Shown here one piece after another: positions 26,308 through 39,581 of a stretch of 64,000 bases of DNA. Below the pieces are notes generated by a model. That model did not search any database. It was given only the letters and a program-made list of their open reading frames with translations, and was not told where the DNA came from. Location of the stretch: assembly GCA_038496445.1 (NCBI GenBank), contig JALMLS010000097.1, forward strand, positions 1 through 64,000, given 5' to 3'. Each line of letters opens with the position of its first letter. Within the stretch, counting starts at the first letter, position 1. The position numbers and the translations under genes were made by a program. The DNA is from Trichosphaerium sp. ATCC 40318. Taxonomy: Eukaryota > Protista > Tubulinea.

Positions 26308-27382
26308 TTGTTGTTGTTTACAAAGGCTATCCAATTAAGTCTTGTTCAGAGATTGTTCTTGTTTAGTTGTAGTCCACCAAGCCTACTAGTGGGTGGTTCA
26401 AACGCCCTTGGTAGCACTTACTATTGACATTCTGATATCATTCAACATGTCTGTCTATCACGTTCCAACTTTACATTGCAAAAGTGCTTGGTATACCTTC
26501 ACATTGCTCCGGAAGGAAAGCACGTTTAATTCGTTGCAGAGGTGATATCCTGATTGTACATAAATACCTTCATCTGTAAATGCATTTGTGCAAGTTTAGA
26601 GCGCTGCAAACAATACGTAGTAGTTCTACCCTTCTAGGTTCTACGTTGCATTTTGACGACTACTTGTGGTAAACGGTAGATGTTGCAACGCCTGTAAGTT
26701 AAGGTTGTTGTGTGTGGCTTCCTACCGAGGTTTTACAAGTCTGCGTATGACATTTTATCTGTTGCTGTTTATAACGACGTACCAGAGATGGAAAGGTAGG
26801 CGTATAACGCTAGGGAAGCCTTTGTCCTAAGGACTCGCCCTAGTCCAACAAACAGAAAATTGTTACCGTGAGAATGAGATCAATTGGTTGCCGCTCCTGC
26901 AACTACCGTATACCAGCGAAAAGGACAACACAATTCAACAAAAAAGAGGTATTGTATGCTGTACAATATACATAAAAATCTGGGGCTGTAAAAGCATTCC
27001 AGCACGTGGAGCAATAAGATTAACACAATTGCATTGATTCGCACAAAAAGACGAAAAACAAAAAGAGAACTAAACAAGAACTAGGGCAACGAAGTATAAA
27101 AAGACAATCATTTATTACATTCTTGTCATATATTGTGCAAAAAATAAAAAACACAATCGTTTTTCTTTTGCAAAATACAAGGAACTACAAGGTCGAATAC
27201 AAGTGGTCTCAGTAAGGGTCGAGTAGGGGGTGATCTTTTTGTGTTCAACGCCATGACGTGTTTTAGACATTGTTCCTTATGCATGAAATAAAACAAGTCT
27301 AGCGCCGATACCCACTGAGATACAAGAGGGCGAAGGGGGTAGAGAAAAAATTAATTAAGTCAAGGCAATCGAGATGTTAAGT

Positions 27383-29060
27383 CTACTGCTTTTTCTTGCT
27401 GAAAGGTCTGTAGTCTCCAGTAACTACAGCGTGGTCTCTTTCATATGGTTCTAGAGACATTTGTTCACGTGGTCTAAGTAGAGAGTAAGAAAACTGAAAA
27501 CAAACAGCGAAGAAGGAAGGAGGTTTTTGGTTTTTTTGCTCGCTCGCTACGCGTGAATGAAACAAGTAGTGTACCTGAATTTTTCTGCTTTAAGTTCATT
27601 TACAGTTTGTGCGAAAACGTGTTCGGCTGGTACTGTTGAGTCGACACAGTTGGCCTGGAGTAGGAGTAAGTAAGATTGCCTTCAAGTAAAGCAAAAAAAA
27701 GAGTGAATTTTCTTTCGTTTTTTAGGCTTTTTTTTACGTTGTCATAAGTTAAGTGGAATACGTCCACACCGTAGGTTAAGTATCGCTCTCCGTTCATCAT
27801 TTGACAGCGCAAAAAACAAAAAGAAAAAAAGTGCAAAGAAGTTGTTTTCAGAAAAAACAAAAAAAAACGAAGAAGACTAAGTTTAAACATACCTTGATGG
27901 AAATAACGAAGTGTCCACCGTTTTTAAGGAAATATTGAGCGTTCAAAGCAACAATACGTGCTTGATCAGGTTGAGCGACATCAGAGAAGATGCAATCTAC
28001 CATACCGACCAACATTCTAACGAACAAAAAGTCAGTTACGGCTTTTTTGTAAACAAAAAAAAAAAATTATTTCTCCAGATTTTTCGTCTCTTAAGACAAC
28101 TCTCCAGAGTTGGGAAAAAACAGATAAAAAAAATTGAAAACTTTTCTGTTTTAACGCACCTGTATTTTTGTGGGTAACGTGCGTCCTCAATAATTGGAAC
28201 AATGTTACGTCTTTTTTTGGCAACTTCGATCAATTCACGACCAGTTCTGTGAGAAAATTCTACAGCGTATACAACACCCTCCTAAAGATGCAAATATAAG
28301 TATTTTATTTCACTTGATACGCGTAGAAAGAAAATATAAAAAAATCTGTTATTTCAAAGCGACATACCTCTCCGACGATATCAGATACATGAGAAACTGT
28401 GGTACCAGATGCAGAACCCAAATAAAGGACTCTTGAGCCAGGTGGCATGTAAATGTTTTTAACACCACCCAAGATGGCTGCACCGAGCTTAGATCTGAAA
28501 GGATTCCAGACTCTGTATTCTTTTTTCTCACCAGGTTCCTTTTTAGTGCGTTAGAGCCGAATTTATGTTTTTGAATGTTTTTTCTGTTTTCTATGCACGT
28601 ACTTGGTTTTCAACTGGTACTTTCTTCTCACCGTAGACAGACTCGCCCGGTGTTAAATTATAGGTCAAAAGGACGTCATCTTTACCGGTACGGCCAATAA
28701 ATACGCCAGGCATACGGCTATGTGGTTCAACTGTGATTCTAGATCCACCACGGCCTCTACCGCGGCCACCACGACCACCACGACCGCGACCGCGACCACG
28801 GCCACGTCCACGACCACCACGTCCACCACGACCACCGCTACGGCCTATAATAATTAATTACGCTGTTTTTACACATTTTCCGTGATGTTTCTCATACCTC
28901 TACCACCGAAACCACCGCGTCCACGGCCACCGCCACGTCCACGACCACCGCTACGGCCGAAGCTGTTTCTTCTGTCACCACCGCCACCGTAGGAATCTCT
29001 TCTACCGCCTCCACGGCCACCTCTTCGGTCACCGCCACCATATCTACCCATATGCGACAT
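27383..29060 (-). CDS. FBL: Fibrillarin (rRNA 2'-O-methyltransferase) with GAR domain
   Basis: RGG-rich N-terminus; [64 protein letters not shown]. Confidence 0.97.
27737..27809 (-). ncRNA. Candidate intronic box C/D snoRNA in a fibrillarin intron
   Basis: Balanced-composition island in a T-rich intron; box C ATGATGA, terminal stem cgctgtca/tgacaacg, variant box D ATGA. Confidence 0.5.
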
Positions 29061-29589
29061 CTTTAGTTGTTCTAAGGTTGTCTGTTTTGAATCGATACAA
29101 CTTAAAAAAAAAGTTAAGTATTTAGCGACTTTTTGCGACTATTCTCAACAATATCTCGCTACATTATCTACGTGTGGGTACTCTAGCTATAACGTACATC
29201 GCTTTCGCGGCCTATTTAAACCACATTACAAAAAAGGTAGAGAAATTCGAGCGAAAAACAAAAGACATGCATAGAAAGCAACTCTTACATACCGCTAACG
29301 CGTATATAAACTAAAGAGAGCCACTAGAACAATGTACACTACATAACAAATTCCAAGACACCTGAACCTTCACAAAACAATCCTTACCGTTTTAATCACA
29401 ATTCCAGACACAAAAAAAAAGGAAATGTCAAAAAAAATGAGTACAAGCCAAACGACTTTCCAAAAAAAAAAAAAAGCACGAAGTTCCAAGACAATTTTTT
29501 TTTTTTCAAAAAAGTCTCTAAGGTTACAAGTTATATCTACAAAATTAAAACAAACCCTTTGGGTTTACAAGTTTTCGCTGAGAGAGGGA

Positions 29590-31316
29590 TTACTGCGTAA
29601 AAAAACCTCCATCCAAATTATCCAACCCTAAGTCTAAATCTCCAAATGTAACATCTGAAGCAAACTGAGAAGCATCAGAAAACGGAGATTCATCAACTCC
29701 AGAAATATCATGTTGAAAGGGCTCGTCAAAATGCATTTGAAATCCGCTCTGTATAGTCTCTTGCTGTATAGGCGAAGGCTGAGGGGGTGGCTGTTGTTGC
29801 TGTTGTTGCTGAATAGGTACTTGTACTCTAGTACTTAACCGCTGTTGCTGTTGTTGCATCCGTTGTTGATGCATTTGCATCTGTTGTTGACGCTGAATCG
29901 CTTGTTGTCTCTGCATTGCTTGCATAGCTTGCATGTTTTGTTGTTGTTGTAAAGGGTGAGGATGTCTCACATTCTGTCTTGGCATGACTTGACGTTGCAT
30001 ATAAGCAGGTACTTGTTGACCACTACCAAAAAACCGTTAAGGAAACGCTTCCACGCAAAACAAAACTACAAATTGTAGCAATGAAAAAAAATCATGATCG
30101 ATTTATGAGCTTACCTTTGTTGTTGTCGCGATGTAATCCCTGGAGGTACTTGATGTCGTTGAGTTTGAAATTGTGTATTTGATGTACGCATTTGATGTTG
30201 CATTGGCATGACAGGAGGAGGCTGAGATAATTTTTTTCTGTCGCCTCTGGGAGATACTGAAAATTGTGATTGACCTTGTTGTAAAGTTCTATAATTTCCT
30301 TGAGCTGACACTGATTGAGGATGTGATTGTAAAACAACTTGGTTCCTGCGAGACGTGATTTGCTGTGAAACAGAAAAAGTAGTTTGCATATTTGACATTG
30401 GACCATGACCTGCATGAGACCCACTCGTAGAAAGCTGACACATGATAAGTAAACCCACGAAAAAAAAAAAAAAACTGTCCAAAAAAAAAACCAAAACGTA
30501 CTCCTTTCTTCGCTTTTTTGACTGTGCCAGGCGCTGGGTTGCTTGGAGATGATTGTATGAATTTAAGAGGCATTGAAGGACGTGTAGGAGGTGGTGGAGT
30601 AACACGTGGTGGACCTGTTGTCTTTGGTTGCATCGCTGTAAAATTCAGGTTTTTTTGATTTGGCGGTAGCTGTGTACGCCGTGGGGTTATCCCTTGTGTA
30701 TTAATTTTACGTTGTTGATGTTGTTGGTGTATTTGTTGTTGATGTTGTGGTTTGTGCATTGAAATAGCCATAGCGTTCTTTTTCAGCTCTTCGTCCTTTT
30801 TACCGCTTTTTACGAGGACTATTTGTTCTTTTGTGTGACTGAATAGAAAGTTAGAAAAAAACGTTGTTTCCTGTGTGAGTTTGGCAAAAAAGACTCATAC
30901 CATATTTCTCGTTTATACACTTGTACAGCTTTCTCGAGAAAAGCAATCCGTTGTGCCAGAACTATATCGGCAATTGCGTTTACTAAAAACCAATTACGCT
31001 GTGTTTTTGTGTATATATAGCGTACCTTGCATGCTAGAAGAACGCTGGGAGCTATTAAGAGCGTTATGTAAAATAAAAACAACTAAAATGCCGAAATTAA
31101 CGCGCACTTCAGTTTCATTTGCAAGTGTTGGTATTGTTCCCTACAATACTTCGGTTGGAAACGATTTGGATCACCACGATAATTCCAAGCCTGTTTACAA
31201 GCTTGTGCGACTTGCGTCCAATTTGACAGTCCATATTTTGCTACAACTTGTACCAACAGTAATACATCGCGATCTTGCCACCCTTGGTGTATTACAGTAC
31301 CGTTTTTATTGGCCAT
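29590..31316 (-). CDS. SANT/Myb-like nuclear protein with BRD8-like N-terminus and Q-rich C-terminus
   Basis: WQDRDVLLLVQVVAKYGLSNWTQVAQAC...FQPKYCREQY and IADIVLAQRIAFLEK, then P/Q-rich exons and an acidic aromatic tail. Confidence 0.7.
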
Positions 31317-31475
31317 CGAGTGCGTATATTCCAGTAAACGCCCACAGGCCGTTTATCCTCTGTCCTAAACGGATTTTTTTTTTTATTTCAAGCGTGCAGC
31401 ATAAGGCAAGGTTTGTTATATCGAACTTAACGAAAATTGTTGAACAATCTTTAGGTAGACGCATCTTTATCACAA

Positions 31476-32104
31476 ATGTCCAAGAGAGGTGCGCGTTCGT
31501 ACTGTTGAGTACCTGTTTCTCAAATATTACGCATAGGTTCCGGCGTAGGAAGTAAATACAGATTCACAGCTGGTTTGCCAGTAGGCGCTACTATTAACTG
31601 CGCTGATAACACAGGCGCAAGCAATTTGTACATTATTGCCAAAAAGCAGCACAAAGGTAGATTGAACAGACTACCAAAAGCTGCCGTTGGAGACATGGTT
31701 TTGTGCACAGTAAAGAAGGGTAACAAACCTGAATTGCGTAAAAAAGGTAGAAAACTCGCTACACTCGCTTGGAGCTAAGATCGCTTTTTAGTCATGCCTG
31801 CCGTCGTTATTAGACAGCGTAAGATCTGGAGACGTAAAGATGGTATTCACATCTACTTTGAAGGTGCGGTTGCTTACTTTCGTGTGTTTTTTCTCGCTTT
31901 TGATCAAATCCTCACGTTTATACGCTTAGACAACGCTGGCGTCATTGTAAACATCAAAGGTGAAATGAAAGGATCATCAATTACTGGACCAGTAGGTCGT
32001 GAAGCCGCTGACCTATGGCCACGTATCTCCGTACGTAAAATATACCAAACGCGAAAACTTTTACAACCAGTGTAAAGAAAACCGCTCAAATTCTGTTGTT
32101 TTAA
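31476..32104 (+). CDS. RPL23: 60S ribosomal protein L23 (uL14)
   Basis: [62 protein letters not shown]. Last exon boundary approximate. Confidence 0.97.
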
Positions 32105-32435
32105 TGTATTTTTCTTGTTTTGTACTTCATCGTTACTTACGTTATTACATTAGTCCTCTGGTGGTATGGTTGTATAAACGATTGCATTATAAAGAAAAAA
32201 AACAATAAAATAGCTTGTCGAGAACCTATGGCGATTTTTGAAGCTTGGGACGCTATTAAAAAAACCCCCTACTGTCACACGTCAGTGTGTAATGATGATC
32301 ACCCCGTTTACCCATAACCAGAAAATCAACGAGCAATTTTTTTTAAAATACATTGTTTATTTACATCAAAGAACACCGCTTCACGTTTTTCTCCTTCCAC
32401 TTCAATATTGTTTCTTTTAAAACAGACGTCAACGC

Positions 32436-33611
32436 TTACTTTGGCTTGAGTAACTTAAGATGCCACTTTCTCTCCTCCACTTGAGCATGCAATTGACCAT
32501 ATTCTTCAACCAAAGTGTCAAATTCTGTACCAAGTTGATATTTTTTGAGACGTTTTTGGAGTTTAATCTTCTGTATATTCATATCCTCCAACCTCGATGT
32601 AAGAGCTGATCTGATTTGTCCTAACGCTGCGACTTTGTGTGCAGGGTAAGAGTCAATCAAAAACTCGTTTTGGATTTTGCTACAAAAGCGTCAGGTGTCA
32701 AAATGTTGAAAATCCAAAAAAACAGCGAACCGAGAAAGGAAAAAATCTTCATTTCATATAAAATGACGTACTTGAGTTTTAAGACCATAGTCTGCACTTG
32801 CGATTGTAATGCTTTGAGTTGTAGTTGAGCATTTTTAAGCGCAGTGTTTAGTTTGTATGACCGACAGATGGTGACACATGTTTCTATGAGTGATAGGAGG
32901 AGTTTACAGTGCTCGGTTACTTCTTTTCGTAAGGTATCGTTTAGGACCTTTACTTGTTCTTCTTGAGCCGTTAACTTCGTTTTCAGATGGCGCACTGCTT
33001 CCGTAAGCGGTGTTACACCGTTTTGGGATGCACTAAAAGTGTTGGAGTCAAGTTGTCTAATGTTCCCAATACGTACAGTTCTGTTCCGCTAGCGTTAGAA
33101 TGGAAAGTCAGGAGTTGGTTGGTTAAGCTGTAAAGCCAATCATGATGTACTCTTGCGTTGCTAATGTCACACAGTACGTTATTAGCGAGTCTAGTTATTG
33201 CAGTATCGTTGAGCGTTTCTGCCTGTCATTGGTGTCAAAATGGAGCGGTAAAACAAGTCAACTGCGTTTAAATCGTACACTGGCGTTCTCCATCATGATG
33301 GTAGCTACTTGGAGTTGTTCTTCGAGTGGCTGCGAAGTGTTAGTTGATAGTTACATTTCGAACTATTACCTGTTCTTCGAGTGTGCGTTGTGTAAAACCA
33401 TCCAGGGCTAGCCTTTTAGCTAAATAACGTCGTTTTTCTTCTTCACAGTACGTACGCAACTATAAACGGTTAAAACGTTGGTCGAGAGTAGCCACTAGCA
33501 TACTGCGCTTATTTCTGCCTTTAGTTTAGTAATACTCTTCGGTTCAGCAGTTATTGGTTGGCTTTCAAATTTACTGAGAGGAGGAGAACCTATAAAGCGT
33601 CTAGAGGTCAT
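32436..33611 (-). CDS. HAUS4: Augmin subunit HAUS4-like coiled-coil protein
   Basis: C-terminus LKLK|..DSYPAHKVAALGQIRSAL...YQLGTEFDTLVEEYGQLHAQVEERKWHL matches the HAUS4 C-terminal pattern. Confidence 0.7.
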
Positions 33612-34034
33612 ATTCGTATCGCGTTCGATGACTAGTTCAAAAAAAATGGCGGGACAAGAGAAAATGACGTTTTGAGCCAGACTCAAAAAAAAAAAGAAAA
33701 TTAACGAATTTTCACTTGACTAATACGGTTTTGACCTACCAAACAGTTATATCGCTCCCTATATATGTTACTATTACAAGGATGGCATTTAAATACGAAA
33801 AACATTACTTTTTTCGGCACAAGCCCACAATAATAACTTAACGCGCGGTACATCGTTATATGTATCATTGGATGAGTTGGGTATATTCTCGGGGCATTCT
33901 GACAATATTTTGTTTGTGTGGTGTTCGTGTTCACGTCCATTTTTTTCTTTTTCTGTTTTTTTTTTGTCCATTTTGCCAATAACTTTCTTGTGCGCAACAA
34001 CTCCTCGCAAAGGGAACAAAAAACAACAACCAAC

Positions 34035-37000
34035 ATGAGTCACGAGATGGAGAGGCTCGTGCCTCTGAGCAGTGACTACGAGATCACACAAGAGAACCTT
34101 ACCCTTATGGTACAGGAGAGACTCACTGACGGTAAGTGTTTACTAAATTTGTCACGTGACGTGTTACTAATGTCGGTTAAAAGGAAGGGGAATGTTAAAG
34201 AAATGGGGAGGCCCAAAAAAGCTTACACGTTTGCTTAAGTCTGATGTTGACGCTGGTATTGCTGATGACGAAGCTCCTGATTACACAGACCGTATTGCTT
34301 CGTATCCTTGAAACTCAACTTTTTTTTTTTTGTCATTTTTCTCACCAACAGACACTTTTTCTCGCTTGACTCTTTGAGATATGGTGTAAACAAGTTCGCT
34401 GAGGTCCCACCAAGGTCTTTTTTTTCGTTTTTATGGGAGGCTCTTCAAGATAAAATTTTGGTTCGTTTTCGTCGTAAACGGCCATTATTTAACTTTAGCT
34501 CTTTTGTAGATATTGCTTTCAGTGGCAGCTGTCATTAGTATAGTGCGTTTCGTTTTAAACTGTTTAACTAAAAAACAACTTCTCAGTTTAATCTAAACGC
34601 TTCGCTAGGTGCTAGAAATGACTGTTGGACATGATAGAAGAACTGGATGGATTGAAGGAGCTGCTATTTTATCTGCTGGTTAGTTTGAACAAAAAAACTG
34701 TTTTGTTGTTTTCGGTTTTTATTTTCTCCACGTTCTCTGACGTTTTGACTTTCTAGTCGCTCTTGTATCCCTGGTAACTGCTGGTAATGATTTTTCAAAG
34801 GATAGAAAGTTTAGGGCTCTTGCGAAAGTGTCCAAAGATCGTAGCTGTACGGTTATTAGAGGCGGAGAAAATAGAGTTATTTCTGTATACGATCTGCTAG
34901 TTGGAGACATTGTGCTTTTAGATACTGGTGATTACATTCCGGCTGGTACGCGTTTTTAATCAAAAACCCAATTCTTTTGTTTTCTTTTTGTTCTACACAA
35001 CTCTTTTTTTGGGTTAATATCATCACGTGTTTTGGCACGTGATAAATTGAAAAAAAGTAGGCGTTTGTTTTTGAGATAATTTTTTTTCTTCGCTGCTTTT
35101 TCTGATTTTTTTCAATAGATGGTGTTTTCCTCGCTGGTCATGCTATACGTTCTGATGAGAGTTCAATGACTGGTGAAGCAGACGCTGTGAAAAAAGGAGG
35201 TCAAGATTTGTTCTTCTTATCTGGATGTACAGTCGCTGAAGGTACTGGTAAGATGGTCGTTGTTGCTGTTGGAATGAACAGTCAATGGGGTGTCCTTAAA
35301 TCCAGTTTGACAAAAGACGGAGAAGAGAGTACACCACTCCAAGAGCGTCTCGATTGGCTTGCCGATTTAATTGGTAAACTTGGTTTTGCTGCTGCCATTG
35401 TAACATTCTCTGCTTTGGTTCTTCGGTACGAGCTCACAGATTTGTTTTTTTTTTTTCGTTTTGTGAACGGAGTCTTCGGTTTTCTGCTTGTTATGTTGTA
35501 CGCCTAATCGTTTTCTCAGTTGGGCCGTTGTTAAGTATGCTGTAAACGATGACGACTGGGACTGGGCAGAACTTGATGTTATCGTCAATTTTATCATTAT
35601 TTCTATCACTATTATTGTCGTTGCTGTCCCTGAAGGTAATCACCCGAAAGCCTGCTTACTTTTTTTTCTGTAAAACCCGAAACTTACCACGTGTTTTTTT
35701 AAAACAGGTTTACCTCTGGCTGTAACTATCTCCCTTGCTTACAGTATGATGAAGATGATGAAGGATCAAAATTTAGTCCGTCATCTAGTCGCTTGCGAGA
35801 CTATGGGTTCCGCCACACAAATTTGTTCTGATAAGACTGGTACACTCACACAGAATCGTATGACTGTTGTAAAATCCTGGATGGCTGGTGTTTATTTCGA
35901 TGAGAGGAACCCTGCTACTGCTGGAAAGATGGACAAAAAAATAGTTCACTACTTAACTGAAGGCATTGCTGTTAACTCAAACGCCTACATTACTGAACAA
36001 GAAGCTGGTCTTCCACAATACAATGGTAACAAGACTGAATGCGCTTTGCTTGTTTACGGACAAGCCCTTGGATGCAACTATGTCACTGTAAGAAAAGAAT
36101 CTAAAATCCATGATGTCGTACCATTCTCAAGGTAAGTGCGATTTTTGTTTTTGTGCACGCGATTTTTTTTTTCTCTGTTTTTTTTGGATGTTGGAAAAAT
36201 ATTGAACTTGTTTAGTGCTGCGAAGAGAATGAGTACAATCATTAAGACTGATGATGGATACCGTCTTTACTGTAAAGGAGCATCTGAAGTAGTCCTTGGT
36301 CTTTGTAATAGCGTTATTACTGCTGGTTCTGACGGAGTTGAAGAAGTCAAACTCACAACAGCTCACAAACGTCGTTTGACAAAGACGATTGAAAAAGTGC
36401 GTTCTCTTTTGCTGGTAAATCTTATCTCTAATTATTTATCTATAGTACGCTACTAATGGTCTACGTACACTATCCCTAGCGTATACAAACATTCCATCGG
36501 ATAGCGCTGTTGGAAAAGCCTTAGACGCTGGTGAAGGAGCATCTGATATTGAAGGGATCAATAATAACATGGTGCTCATTGGTATCGTTGGTATTGAAGA
36601 TCCTATTCGTCCTGAAGTACCTCACGTACGTATTTATAGTTGGAAGTTTTATATCGATAGTATATTGTTTCTAATGAACTTGTCTTTTAGGCTGTAGAGA
36701 TGTGTCAAAGAGCTGGTGTACAAGTTCGTATGTTGACTGGTGATAACATCCTCACTGCAAAGAACATTGCTAAGCGTTGTGGTATTCTCACAGATGATGG
36801 TATTGCTATTGAAGGTACGGGATTGCGGTTATCCCTTCTATCCTGACTTGTTTCGTAGGACCAAAATTCAGGAAATTGAGCGATAAGGAAGTTGATCGCA
36901 TGTTGCCTAACTTGCAAGTTATGGCAAGGTCTTCACCAAATGACAAACTCAAAGTAGTAGCTGCTCTTAGAAAGAAGGGAGAAGTTGTTGCAGTAACAGG

Positions 37001-38406
37001 TGACGGTACAAATGATGCACCACAATTGTTTGAAGCCGATGTTGGATTCTCTATGGGTATCTCTGGTACAGAAGTAGCAAAGGATGCTTCTGATATTATC
37101 TTGTTGGATGATAACTTCAACTCGATTGTAAAAGCCGTCATGTGGGGTCGTAACGTATACGACTCTATCCGCAAGTTCGTACAATTTCAGTTGACAGGTA
37201 AGTAAATTTTTTACTCGTATCACGTGAAAATCACGTGTTTTTTTTTCCTTTTTTCGCCGCTGATTTTCTTCTTTTAGTCAATGTCGCTGCTGTTATTGTA
37301 GCTTTTGTCGGTGCTGTAACTGAAGGTGACAGTCCATTGAAGGCTGTACAATTGCTTTGGGTAAACTTGATTATGGACACTATGGCTGCACTTGCTCTCG
37401 CTACAGAACCGCCAACGGAGAAACTTCTTGAACGTAAACCATACGGAAGAAAAGGTCAATTGATTACTTACAGGTACAACCGTCGTTTCCTTTGCTCTCA
37501 GCAACACTATATTGTTTTTTTTGTACACTGTACTTACCCTCTCACTAGAATGTGGCGTTTCATCTTTGGTCATGCTGCATACCAACTTATTGCTCTATTT
37601 ACAATATTATACTTGGGTACACACTGGTTCCCATGGTTGTACACAGGTGTCGATCTTGACTCTACTTACAAGACTGAATTGATGGTTACAATCATCTTCA
37701 ACTCTTTTGTATTCTGTCAAATCTTCAACGAATTCAACGCAAGACGTCTCGATGACAGTACGTCCAAAAAAAAAAGAAACATCACGTGATTTTTTTTGAG
37801 AAGAATTCTTTCTAACTAGTTTTGTTTTAAAAAAGCTTTGGACGTATTCGGTGGATTATGGAATAACTACATCTTTATCGGTGTCATCGTTATTACTGTT
37901 ATTGTACAAGCTATAATCGTTCAATTCGGTGGTAAAGCATCACAAACTGTCGGCTTGAGTACGTCCTATACACATCTTGCGCTTTACCATCTAAAGTTCC
38001 CTGTAGACTGGAAACAATGGCTATTCTGTGTTGGTGTAGGTGCCGTCGAAGTACCATGGGTACGTAACTATGTCTTGTTACTTTTTTGCTCTTTACCTAA
38101 CTGTTTGAATAGGGTTTCTTTTTGAAACTCATCCGTGTTCCTGATGAGCCAACTCATGAGTCAGCAAAGGCTGAACCTGATGAGAGTACTTCTCTTCTTG
38201 GCGCTAATGGACGTCGTGAAGTCGAATCTGAATCATCTAGCGATGAACCTGAACTTGACGACTTTGATGCAATAGATGCTGAAAAAGCAAGAAGAGAAAG
38301 AAGTCGTGAGAACTGGGGTCGTGCTAGAAAGGTTCTTTCACGTATCCAGCTTGTAAGATCTCTCAGAAATTCTACGCGTCGTGCTGAACAAATTGAATTG
38401 AGTTAA
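34035..38406 (+). CDS. PMCA: P2B-type plasma-membrane Ca2+-ATPase (PMCA)
   Basis: [57 protein letters not shown]; basic amphipathic C-tail [19 protein letters not shown]. Confidence 0.97.
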
Positions 38407-38659
38407 AACAATGGAAAGAAATCCAAAAATATTATTGTGAAAGCTTAGAAACAAAGAAAAAAAAAAAGTTAACTGTATTTTCTTAATAAACAGTCAACGT
38501 TTTAACGTACTTACCTCTGATCCTTTTTTTATCGCTTCCTGTAGTGCCAATTGTAGTGTACTACCACTTCAATAAGTGGTAGCGATAGAACCTAAAATAT
38601 TGTGTCAGAAATGACTGTCTTTAGCTCATTTGAAGCACGATTTTCAAACAAATTACATA

Positions 38660-38848
38660 CAGCATTGCATAGCTTAAATGTCGAAGTCTGTCATAATCAC
38701 CAGACCCGGCAGTATCCCATATCTCTAAACATAAGATTGGCAATTCATTGGTTCAAAGAAAATTTAAATAGTAACAAACCTATTTGTATCTTGTGCCAAG
38801 AACATGTTTGCTTGTATCCTAACCAAAGAGAAATTTTAGAACTAGTTT
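38660..38848 (-). pseudogene. Fragment of a third atypical Rac/Rho paralog
   Basis: Nucleotide similarity to 17830-17965 including the intron; encodes IWDTAGSGDYDRLRHLSY. No intact flanking exons found. Confidence 0.7.
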
Positions 38849-39581
38849 TCATTTACATTCCGAGTTGTACAACTACAAACTTAGCATTGTTCTGCTTATT
38901 AGTACAATTCATACGTATCAGCAGTACTATAAGTTCACTACCTGTGTTAACCGAAAATGGTACAGAAAGTGTTAAAAATGATATGTAGCTCGCTAACTAA
39001 ACAGATAGCGTAGGAGGGTCCTTGTAACAGAAATTAAAAGTTGTCATCTATTTCACAAAGAGTACCTATGTTTTTCACAAACTAGTGCTTGGAATAAGTC
39101 TGAATGCTCAAGTAGACATATTAATACAACACCTAGCTTGTACAAAAAAAAACCAAAAAGTGACAGTTTTTCACAAAAATTTTGGCAGTTTTTATGATCT
39201 CCTGGAGTGTGAAGTTCACGAAAGTTCTCCAAAGCTAACCAACACGCGTTGGTAAGGTAGTGCCATGTCAACCACACCAATGTGCGCTTGTAATTTCTGG
39301 TATTGGCGAGATCAGACAAAATTAAGTGAAACAAAACAGCCATGTTTATACAATTTAATTAACGCAGTAGGAAGTAATGGGGTGCAAAGACTGATGCTTC
39401 AGGTACAAAGCAAGAGGTAGAGCACAATCAGAGAAATAGCAAGTACAAATAGTCAACAAAAACCCACGCTTAACTTGGGTCGCTAAATAATCTAAAAAAA
39501 GCTCTTCATACGTACCACTACTGAGAATCGAACAACAAGAGCAACATAGCCCTACAGAAGCAAACAATCACGCGAAGCTCC

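Noticed and set aside
26370-26420. tRNA-like T-arm GGGTG-GTTCAAA-CGCCC
   Set aside because: No D arm or anticodon arm; too short.
30875-31555. 226-aa plus-strand ORF
   Set aside because: Antisense to the SANT gene and crosses the RPL23 first intron; shadow ORF.
32285-32335. ATGATGA box C-like motif downstream of RPL23
   Set aside because: No box D or terminal stem at a suitable distance.
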